A DNA stretch of 64,000 nucleotides, taken from positions 87,645-151,644 of IMG/VR virus record IMGVR_UViG_3300028394_000045; one strand, written 5' to 3'. The notes beneath the pieces are model-generated. The model saw nothing but the letters and a program-made list of their open reading frames with translations, did not search any database and was not told the origin of the DNA. A program made the translations under genes and the position numbers. This document shows, piece after piece, positions 33,511 through 41,735 of the stretch (positions are counted from its first letter, which is position 1; the number at the start of each line of letters is the position of its first letter). Source of the DNA: a virus.

Positions 33511-34516
33511 GCTGGTATTTGTGTACGATCCCAATGGGGCACCAGAAGAAAACATTCGAATGATCATGCCCCTGGGCATGAACTTTGAGTTTTTTGATCC
33601 TACTATAACATACTCATCAGATACTGTGTTTTATTATGACATGTATGGCCCTGGGCATAACTGGGTCAGACAGCACTTGCAACAAGGTTATCGTGTAATA
33701 TTTGATGCCAAGAATGAACATTACATTCATTACGTCATGCATTCTGTGCTGATAGACTTCTTGCAGCATCCTGGACAAGGCTGTTTTATCATATCAGGGC
33801 ACGAGCCCAATCCCTTGCCAGGCGTTGAGATCATTGCAACCCCTTATTGGTACTGGATCATGGACCAGATAAAAATGACTCATACCAAAGTAGATCAAAT
33901 TGCTTGGCAATCAAAATCAAATAAAAAGAAATTCTTCATGAGCCTGGGAAAAAGCCGGGTGGAACGCGACTATGTATTTGACAGCCTTGGCATTCATTTA
34001 TCTGACAGTATCTATAGTTATCGAGCTCGTGGCATTGGATTGCCTGATGATTGCACTAATTCAGTATTGGTGCAACGCTATATTAATCCTGCCTGGATAC
34101 ACGACACCGCACTCACATTGGCCGTGGAAACCTATGTGGATGAGACTGCAATCACAGGCTACAGCCTGACACGTCAAGATCATTTGTTTTTGTGTGAAAA
34201 AAGCTACAAACCAATGGCAGCACAGCACCCTTTTCTCATGGTATCCACACCGGGTAACTTGGCCTACCTGCGCTCGCAAGGGTTTGAAACATTTCCTGAA
34301 TTGTTTGATGAAAGTTACGACAATGTCGTTGATTGGAAACAACGTGTGATGAATATAATCTCAGTATTGGCTGACTTTGATACATGCAGTGTCGATCAAC
34401 CTATTGTTCTACAAAAGCTGCGGCACAATCAAGCTAGATTTTTTGATAGATCAATAACAACAGATCTGGCATTTCGCACAATACAAAAACCTTTGTTTGA
34501 ATTTATAAATGCATAA
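33503..34516 (+). CDS. GT10-like protein #3
   Basis: LAVET...FLCEKSYKPMA...YLRSQGFETFPELFDESYD. Confidence 0.55.
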   Translation: MAKLVFVYDPNGAPEENIRMIMPLGMNFEFFDPTITYSSDTVFYYDMYGPGHNWVRQHLQQGYRVIFDAKNEHYIHYVMHSVLIDFLQHPGQGCFIISGHEPNPLPGVEIIATPYWYWIMDQIKMTHTKVDQIAWQSKSNKKKFFMSLGKSRVERDYVFDSLGIHLSDSIYSYRARGIGLPDDCTNSVLVQRYINPAWIHDTALTLAVETYVDETAITGYSLTRQDHLFLCEKSYKPMAAQHPFLMVSTPGNLAYLRSQGFETFPELFDESYDNVVDWKQRVMNIISVLADFDTCSVDQPIVLQKLRHNQARFFDRSITTDLAFRTIQKPLFEFINA

Positions 34517-35807
34517 ACCAGCAACCATGTGCCTTGCACCTTGGGTGCATACATATCTTTCTCCACAGACTGAACGACGTATGTGCTGTGCGTCAAGAGA
34601 ACCTGCGCAGAACTTTCGACAATACATCGATACTGAATCAGGTACCGGAACCTACATTCCTATAACATTAAAGCAGCATTGGAACAGCGATCACATGCGA
34701 TCAGTTCGTCGTCGCATGATGGCCGGAGAACGCTTGCCTGAATGCGAAGTGTGCAATGATCAACTGCTGAATACAGATGTATATCGCACATACTTTGACC
34801 AGCTGTTTCAACATAAATACCTGGCAATTTTAGAACAAACAGATGCGGATGGCAGAACCACCATGCAGCCGGTTAGTTGGGATTACAGATTCAGTAATCT
34901 CTGCAATTTCAAATGTAGAACTTGCGGAGACATGTTGAGCAGTAGTTGGGAATCAGAGCAAAAGACACACCACATGGTCAATTGGTCCAATCCCAAAAAC
35001 AACTGGATGCGTCCTGAGGTAAGACAACAGATCTCTCAGTTTCAAGACAGCCAAATTGAACAAGAGTTTTCGGATGCTGTGGAGCAGCACAGAGTAGAAG
35101 AAGTGTATTGGGTAGGTGGAGAGCCGTTGATGTATGAACAGCACTGGCGCTACATGCAACGCATACTAGAACTAGGAGACGGGCCAAGAGTATATGCTAG
35201 ATATAATACAAATTTATCCAGGGTGGAGTATCGTGGCATCAATCTCTATCGTGATATTTTGCCTGGGCTACGCGATTGGCAGATATGTGCAAGTCTCGAC
35301 GGCACAGGCTCAGTTGGAGAATACATTAGAACAGGCCTTGACTATGATCGATGGGTTGACAACTTCAGTCAAGCAGTTGCGATCCAACGTCACCCACGTC
35401 AGGTCAGAATTGACTTTACGCTTACTCTGCCCGGAATGTTCGAAGTTGGCCCAATTACAAAACTTGCTAGACAACTTGAAGTAGATATACTGGCCAAAGT
35501 TATCTTTAGTTTCTCTCCAGAAATCATCATGAGCCCACTGGCGCTGCCTAGACACTTGTTGGAACCTTGGTTGGATGAACTGATAGCGGATACCACAGGT
35601 GCCATGCGAGATGTGCTAGCACAATTGAAGAACCGTCCCACATTTGAAGAACAATGGCCCGACACTTATCAGCAAAGTCTTGCTCAAGGCCGTGATCGTG
35701 TGCTACAGTTAGAGCAGATAAGAACACAATCTGTGACCATGACTGATATCCTATCAGCCAGGCCAGCAGTATTAGAATGGTGGATGAACATTGACAAACT
35801 CAATTGA
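34509..35807 (+). CDS. Radical SAM protein #5
   Basis: CNFKCRTC, VGGEP, YNTN; MCLAPW..MCC..CEVC. Confidence 0.9.
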   Translation: MHKPATMCLAPWVHTYLSPQTERRMCCASREPAQNFRQYIDTESGTGTYIPITLKQHWNSDHMRSVRRRMMAGERLPECEVCNDQLLNTDVYRTYFDQLFQHKYLAILEQTDADGRTTMQPVSWDYRFSNLCNFKCRTCGDMLSSSWESEQKTHHMVNWSNPKNNWMRPEVRQQISQFQDSQIEQEFSDAVEQHRVEEVYWVGGEPLMYEQHWRYMQRILELGDGPRVYARYNTNLSRVEYRGINLYRDILPGLRDWQICASLDGTGSVGEYIRTGLDYDRWVDNFSQAVAIQRHPRQVRIDFTLTLPGMFEVGPITKLARQLEVDILAKVIFSFSPEIIMSPLALPRHLLEPWLDELIADTTGAMRDVLAQLKNRPTFEEQWPDTYQQSLAQGRDRVLQLEQIRTQSVTMTDILSARPAVLEWWMNIDKLN

Positions 35808-36828
35808 AATAGATCTTCGAAGCAAAAACAATCAGATTCTGACTTTGCACATTGATGTAGAGAACAGCAGCCTTTCGCAAAAATGGTTATCTGCGTTGGA
35901 TCATTTGATCCAAAACAATTATCATCTAGAAAAAAACTACTGTTGGCTAGGATGGGCCGAAGGCGATCGAACATTGGAATATGTTTGTGAGCAGATCAAT
36001 CGAAGCATCAGAGCTATCAATTCTGCAAAATTAGGATACGTGATCCAGGATGTTTTCACACCGGAAAACACTGTGACAGATGATCTAGGAGTCTGCCAAG
36101 ACCACATGAATCAATTGCATAGATACTTCGAGGATCTTCAAGGTACCTCGGGCGCAATGAGTCCTTACTATACCCACGCGGATGATACCACGCGATGGCA
36201 TATACGACAGTTAAATCTGCTGTGTCACGAACATGAAAGTCTGGTGTTGAGTATTCGCAAATTAAAAACAGCACCTGAGTGGCGTAGGCCTTCGCAACTG
36301 ATGTGCTGGTTGCAAGCGCCAAGATTTGTATTAGATACCAAAGATTATGAATTGTTTGGCATTGAAACTATCAATAGATCATTGGGCGGCGTATATGTGG
36401 GTGTAAATAAAGCAGTGGGCAAAAATCATTGGGAAGTATTCCATGATGAAGGGCGCGACAGCCGAGTAGGCGAATTAGTTACCAGTGCATTACGGCCGCA
36501 GACTGAAGCAGCAGGGGATTTTGACATCGAATGGGCCAACGACCCTGGGTCATACCATTGGCAGATCAAGGCGCTGGCTGAGTTCAGAACATGGCTTGTA
36601 CAAAACGGATTTGACCCTGACGATAAATCATTGACAATTGGGCATCCAAAAGTAGCTCAAGTAGATTTGATTCGCAGTTTTGGTACAGTCGATCCAGATG
36701 AAATATGGCAACAATTAGCAGCTCATCAGGATGTGTATAAAATAAGGACCAGTTGTACTCAAGCTACATATGAGTATCGGTGGAGCGATGATGATTACGA
36801 ATTGCAACAAATAAGGAGTATGCGATGA
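35791..36828 (+). CDS. Hypothetical protein with paired NxLHxxFE / LNxxxHxxE motifs
   Basis: 345-aa ORF (TTG start) coupled within the operon; possible metal-binding His/Glu motifs. Confidence 0.65.
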   Translation: MTNSIEIDLRSKNNQILTLHIDVENSSLSQKWLSALDHLIQNNYHLEKNYCWLGWAEGDRTLEYVCEQINRSIRAINSAKLGYVIQDVFTPENTVTDDLGVCQDHMNQLHRYFEDLQGTSGAMSPYYTHADDTTRWHIRQLNLLCHEHESLVLSIRKLKTAPEWRRPSQLMCWLQAPRFVLDTKDYELFGIETINRSLGGVYVGVNKAVGKNHWEVFHDEGRDSRVGELVTSALRPQTEAAGDFDIEWANDPGSYHWQIKALAEFRTWLVQNGFDPDDKSLTIGHPKVAQVDLIRSFGTVDPDEIWQQLAAHQDVYKIRTSCTQATYEYRWSDDDYELQQIRSMR

Positions 36829-36926
36829 ATTGGATTAAAAACATATGGAGCAGGATCATGCTAGAGATCCGCTATCGCAAAAAACTGCGAGAACTGCGCA
36901 AGCGAGACCCGTTTATCTACAAATGA
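36825..36926 (+). CDS. Small basic 33-aa protein missing from the ORF track (MNWIKNIWSRIMLEIRYRKKLRELRKRDPFIYK)
   Basis: AAGGAG SD upstream and ATGA overlaps at both ends. Confidence 0.75.
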   Translation: MNWIKNIWSRIMLEIRYRKKLRELRKRDPFIYK

Positions 36927-38404
36927 ACTATGTGGGTATATCAGCCGGATTCCATGACGCTGCGGTCAGTGTGATCAATCAGGCTGGCGATATACTATTT
37001 GCTGCTCACAGCGAACGCTACAGCAAGAAAAAACACGATCAAAATCTCTGCGCAGATGTGTTGATAGATGCATTGTCTCACGTAAAATTTCCTGAGATTG
37101 AATATCACTATTATGAACGTCCGTGGCTCAAGGCCATGCGTCAATTCTACAGCGGAGAAGGATTTCGCTGGCCCACATGGAATCGACTGCTGGGACCTAC
37201 ATATGATTTCTTAGGACGTCCTCGAATCAACACACATGATCATCATCTGTGCCATGCAGCAGCAGGATTCCAGACCAGCGGATTTGACGAAGCAACTGTG
37301 ATCATAATAGATGCCATTGGTGAGTTCGATACCATAACCATATGGGATGCAGCATATGATAACGACACCGGTCGTGCTGAGTATAAAAAATTATGGAGTC
37401 AGCGTTACCCACATTCAATTGGGTTGATGTATTCGGCTATTACTGCTCGGGTGGGACTGCGACCATTGGATGAAGAGTACATACTCATGGGCATGGCAGC
37501 CTACGGCGAACCCAAGTATCTAAGAGAAATGCAGCAGGCATTTTTGAACCCTAGAGAAAAATTACAATTTACTCAGAATCTTCATGTGGGAGTAGGTGAT
37601 GATTTCTTGCCCCATGCTGATCCAATGGACATTGCCTGTAGCGCACAGCTGGTGGCAGAGCAGTTGATCCGCAATGTACTGGGTCGTGCCAGAGGTGTGG
37701 GTCGCAGTAGGAATCTAGTGTATGGTGGTGGTGTGGCCTTGAACTGTGTGGCCAATCGAATGCTAGGAGATTACTATGAACGCATATGGATCATGCCGAA
37801 TCCTGGTGATGCTGGCAACAGTCTTGGGTCTGCTTGCCTAGGATACGGAAAAAAAGTCACCTGGAATAATAGTTTCCTGGGCCATGATATTCCCGGCAGT
37901 TATCCTGTCAATGCCGTATTGGATCATCTCCTCACAGACAAGATAGTAGGTGTGGCATCAGGCCGAGCAGAGTTTGGACCACGAGCACTGGGCAATCGCA
38001 GTCTTCTTGCAGATCCCAGGGGATATTCGATCAAGAACCGTGTGAATGAAATCAAACGCAGACAAAAGTTTCGACCATTTGCACCTGTGATCTTAGAAGA
38101 GTTTGCGAATGATTACTTTGAAATGCCTTATGGATTTAAGACCAGTCGTTACATGCAAACCATAGCTGCATGCAAGAACCCAGATCGGTTTCCAGCCATA
38201 GTGCATGTGGATGGCACCAGCAGAGTGCAAACTGTTCCCAAGGACGGATCGGGCATACGTGAGCTGCTGGAAAAATGGTATTTCATGACCAAGTGCCCTA
38301 TGCTGCTTAACACCAGTTTGAACATACGTGGTGAGCCCATGGTGAACGATCGCGCAGATGCCGATAGATTTCAACGCCTGTACGGCGTCAAGGTGTGCAG
38401 TTAG
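36923..38404 (+). CDS. Carbamoyltransferase (NodU/CmcH/TobZ family)
   Basis: GFHDAA, SERYS, HHLCHAA, DAIGE, GGVALNC, GDAG, EFGPRALGNRS, RPFAP, LNTSLN. Start corrected to MNYVGIS at 36923. Confidence 0.93.
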   Translation: MNYVGISAGFHDAAVSVINQAGDILFAAHSERYSKKKHDQNLCADVLIDALSHVKFPEIEYHYYERPWLKAMRQFYSGEGFRWPTWNRLLGPTYDFLGRPRINTHDHHLCHAAAGFQTSGFDEATVIIIDAIGEFDTITIWDAAYDNDTGRAEYKKLWSQRYPHSIGLMYSAITARVGLRPLDEEYILMGMAAYGEPKYLREMQQAFLNPREKLQFTQNLHVGVGDDFLPHADPMDIACSAQLVAEQLIRNVLGRARGVGRSRNLVYGGGVALNCVANRMLGDYYERIWIMPNPGDAGNSLGSACLGYGKKVTWNNSFLGHDIPGSYPVNAVLDHLLTDKIVGVASGRAEFGPRALGNRSLLADPRGYSIKNRVNEIKRRQKFRPFAPVILEEFANDYFEMPYGFKTSRYMQTIAACKNPDRFPAIVHVDGTSRVQTVPKDGSGIRELLEKWYFMTKCPMLLNTSLNIRGEPMVNDRADADRFQRLYGVKVCS

Positions 38405-39438
38405 AGATAGGTCTCTAATCCACCACGACGACGTATATCTTGTGTGCAGCAACTGATGCCACCATCCCAGAAGTAACTGTGTCTTAGTTCACTAATGATA
38501 GATTCTATCTTATGCTTGCGACAGTAGTCAAAAACTTCCTTGTTATAAGCACTGAATATCACGTGACTTTCATCTAGCACAAGACAATTAACATCAAACA
38601 CAGTCTCGGCAACAAATCCTGTCCATTTGGTTAGATAGGTATTTACAAATTCAGTAAATTCGGGAGTAGGTGTTTGACCTTGTACATACCAGGCACCTGG
38701 TGATTGTTCGTATTTGAACTTGCCAACCTCCATTGCAGCCCAGATCGAGCTATCCCAGATCTTGCACACATCCCATCCAGGAAAGTCTGCGGCCAAGTTT
38801 AAGTTCACATCGTGCTTGCTGCTCAACAACACCCCGGGCTTGAGTATGGCAAACACAGCATCACCATGTCCGTCTGTTATGGCTTCGTGTATGCGATACT
38901 CTGGTCCTAACACATTATCCACTATCCAGCGAGACTGATCAGGACGCAAGAAATCACTGTTGTCAAAGAACACATCTCTCCCCACACGAACAATGCACGA
39001 TGCCGATGCTTGATTGAGTATACAGTCCGCATCCCAATTTCTGCCATGTGGATTGATCACTCCACCCGGTTGTGCAGCTTCATACTCTTTACATAGACTA
39101 TCCAGTTCTTGTATTGGCAGCACACGCAGCAACTTGTCGCCCAGTGTGATCTGCCAGTCTCGTGGAGTAAGTGGAGGCAAGGGAGCGCCGCCGCCGGCAA
39201 TCTGATGTTGTATGAAATTGCGTTTATTTGGAAGATCGGGTCTACGCACACGCGCACCAAATTGCTCAATAGTCTTCTGTAATGCAGATAGATCTTCTTC
39301 AGTCTCTACCAGTATCTGTTGCAGTTGATTGCGAACCTGAGCGTTTTCAATAAAATCAAAGTAGTCTGGTGTGTAAGCGCGGCCCACGATCACTTCTTCA
39401 AGTGGTTGCCAGCTGGTGTAGGAATTAATAGTGTTCAT
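38401..39438 (-). CDS. Amidinotransferase (glycine/inosamine-phosphate amidinotransferase family)
   Basis: NSYTSWQPLEEVIVG, PRD, GHGD, C-terminal DGGISCCTQD with the catalytic Cys of the pentein fold. Confidence 0.85.
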   Translation of the reverse strand: MNTINSYTSWQPLEEVIVGRAYTPDYFDFIENAQVRNQLQQILVETEEDLSALQKTIEQFGARVRRPDLPNKRNFIQHQIAGGGAPLPPLTPRDWQITLGDKLLRVLPIQELDSLCKEYEAAQPGGVINPHGRNWDADCILNQASASCIVRVGRDVFFDNSDFLRPDQSRWIVDNVLGPEYRIHEAITDGHGDAVFAILKPGVLLSSKHDVNLNLAADFPGWDVCKIWDSSIWAAMEVGKFKYEQSPGAWYVQGQTPTPEFTEFVNTYLTKWTGFVAETVFDVNCLVLDESHVIFSAYNKEVFDYCRKHKIESIISELRHSYFWDGGISCCTQDIRRRGGLETYL

Positions 39439-40606
39439 ATAGTTTGGTTAGTAGAGTATTTAATCTGTCGGTTTTGTTGGCACAAAATAACTGTTGGTTG
39501 TGTTCGACATCGCCACGACATTGGCGGAATAGATCCGGCAAATGTGCTTGAGCACATTTGATTGCTCGTGCCAATATCTCCCACCGTTGAGTGTGATCAG
39601 TTTCTTGATCGTATCTGTTGTCTAAAACTGAATCAAATACCCGGTAGCCCAGGTCACGCAACAATTGTAGGCTTCCGGCTGCCCCTGCAATGAAAAACAT
39701 CTGCCCGTTCTTGATTGGTTTGAATGTTTTTTCAGTTAGGAATGTGCCGCCACTCTGATCAGCATCAAAATGTGTTTCCATCACGATGTTGCAATAGCTA
39801 TCCGTGTGATACTTGGATTCCGTCATGCTGTGATTGTTGCGCTCATTGTTGGTCAGTGTATCACTGAAATACGGTGCTAATTTTAAAAATTCATCCACGT
39901 TGGTCCGCAGACCTGTGATGCTGTCAATTTCGATAGGACACTCATCATCTCGGAATTCACCGGACTCGCAATAACTCCAATACGAACTATCCAACACACC
40001 CAGCTGTTTTAGATCAGCCATGCCAGCAGCTCGCCAAGATTTATGCAATCTATTCAACACAGTAAATTCATGTTGTCTTGTTTCTGTGTTTATAGGTGCA
40101 GCTGGTACATTGTAATTGCGTTGATAGTACCACAATTCAAAATCAGTAAAATAAACAAATCCTGGAAGAGCCTCGGCAGCAGTATTAGCACTGATGAATC
40201 TATAACAGTTGGGTGGCATCAAGTGATCTTCGGCCAGCTGATCTAATCGTTGTTTGATGCGAGCAGGGTTATCACCTTCGTGATAGCAGAACAGAACTTG
40301 TAATTGTTCCTGCCGCAGTTTTTTACGGACATCTGGCGACATCAAACTAAAGTAGTCGATAGAAAAATCAAAGAATCCCAACCCAATTGAATAATAGGTG
40401 TTGGATGGCAGCTGGTCATTGATGTTGTAAATGTTTATCTTGACCCCGTGGTGGTCACAATACTCTTGCAATCTTAAAGGAATGGTGTATGGATAGTGAG
40501 ATCCAAATTCTCTCCATCCATTGGTGTATGGGCGAGCCTGCCAGGTTGCCAATGCAGGATAGATTTTTCCGTTAATCGTTTGGTCCGCAAGTAAGTTCAA
40601 TTCCAT
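39425..40606 (-). CDS. GT10-like protein #4
   Basis: FTVLNRLHKSWR, IVMET...FLTEKTFKPI...LRDLGYRVF...DNRYD. Confidence 0.55.
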   Translation of the reverse strand: MELNLLADQTINGKIYPALATWQARPYTNGWREFGSHYPYTIPLRLQEYCDHHGVKINIYNINDQLPSNTYYSIGLGFFDFSIDYFSLMSPDVRKKLRQEQLQVLFCYHEGDNPARIKQRLDQLAEDHLMPPNCYRFISANTAAEALPGFVYFTDFELWYYQRNYNVPAAPINTETRQHEFTVLNRLHKSWRAAGMADLKQLGVLDSSYWSYCESGEFRDDECPIEIDSITGLRTNVDEFLKLAPYFSDTLTNNERNNHSMTESKYHTDSYCNIVMETHFDADQSGGTFLTEKTFKPIKNGQMFFIAGAAGSLQLLRDLGYRVFDSVLDNRYDQETDHTQRWEILARAIKCAQAHLPDLFRQCRGDVEHNQQLFCANKTDRLNTLLTKLYEHY

Positions 40607-41735
40607 TCAGCATCTCCTGTAGCTCTTCCCACAATACTGATTCAAATCCACCGTTATAGAAATGATTCCAATTGTGTTCTATCACGTCACAAGCAGATTC
40701 AAACATCTTTTGTTTTTCGGCTGTTGATAAATCATCCAGTTGTTTCAATAATTGTGCAATTTTTTCTATGCGGATATCATCATCAGCTTGGTCGTAGCTT
40801 TCGTCCCATATGTTGCCAAATGTGCGGAATCCATAACTGCGCAAATATTCCAAGCTGCCTCGGGTTCCTACGATCACAAAAGGCATGCCCAATGCTATGG
40901 GCTTGAATGTTTTCTCAGTAAGGTGCCATCTACGACCAGTGGCCACAGTCTCTGTGACCAGATACAGCAGGCTTTGTGCAGACTCATCAAACAAACTTAA
41001 CCAGCACGAATGCATTGGGTGGTCAGTTTCATTAGCGAAATTTATAGGAAGAGGCTGGGCAGAAAATATATCCTCTATGTCTGGATATTTAGACTTTAAT
41101 GGTGTTATTGCATGTAAGATACTGATATTTTCTGCTGGACAGATAGCAGGGCATGAAATATTGTTTTTGATCATGCCGTATTTGAATATGTAATATAACA
41201 TCTCTAATCTATGCTTCCTCTCTCCGGCTATGATCCTATTAGGAGCAATAAAAGTTTTCGTAATCTTGCGTTCTTGAAATGGTTGTATCAAAAATGTTTT
41301 ATCATACCCACGATACCAATCCAATGCTGCCCATCCGTGGAAGAAGTAGTAATGATGATCCAACCCAAATCTACCACATATTGCATCGACATTTTCGCTA
41401 TTCTTTTCGCTGGTACAGATACTGGATCTCCAACGGTATGGAACTTGCCATCCTAATTCATCAAATTTAACCTCTGATTCAAAAGATGGTTCTATAAAAT
41501 CTGAATTGTATTCATTTACCAGCTGAAATGTAGGCAAGTGTTGAGCCAAATGTATTGGCTCTTGATCAAAAAAGAATATATAATTGTATTCTTGTATATC
41601 ATCTCTGCCATAATTAATCACACTATCTGGATCGCTGCGACCAAATGGGTCACACACAAACAGCCGAGTGCCGGGTCGATTATTTTGCATCCAGGGCCAG
41701 AAGGTGTTGTTATAAATCTCGTCTACTCTAATCAT
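40572..41735 (-). CDS. GT10-like protein #5
   Basis: PNRIIAGERKHR, LVTET...HLTEKTFKPI...YLRSYGFRTFGNIWDESYD. Confidence 0.55.
   Translation of the reverse strand: MIRVDEIYNNTFWPWMQNNRPGTRLFVCDPFGRSDPDSVINYGRDDIQEYNYIFFFDQEPIHLAQHLPTFQLVNEYNSDFIEPSFESEVKFDELGWQVPYRWRSSICTSEKNSENVDAICGRFGLDHHYYFFHGWAALDWYRGYDKTFLIQPFQERKITKTFIAPNRIIAGERKHRLEMLYYIFKYGMIKNNISCPAICPAENISILHAITPLKSKYPDIEDIFSAQPLPINFANETDHPMHSCWLSLFDESAQSLLYLVTETVATGRRWHLTEKTFKPIALGMPFVIVGTRGSLEYLRSYGFRTFGNIWDESYDQADDDIRIEKIAQLLKQLDDLSTAEKQKMFESACDVIEHNWNHFYNGGFESVLWEELQEMLNGIELTCGPND

Noticed and set aside
36845-36922. N-terminal extension of the carbamoyltransferase in the ORF track
   Set aside because: The family N-terminus begins at MNYVGIS (36923), and the region is occupied by a 33-aa ORF in another frame. 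Similar over-extensions were trimmed at 25745, 28106, 29091, 49903, 54261, 57749, 59632 and 60767.
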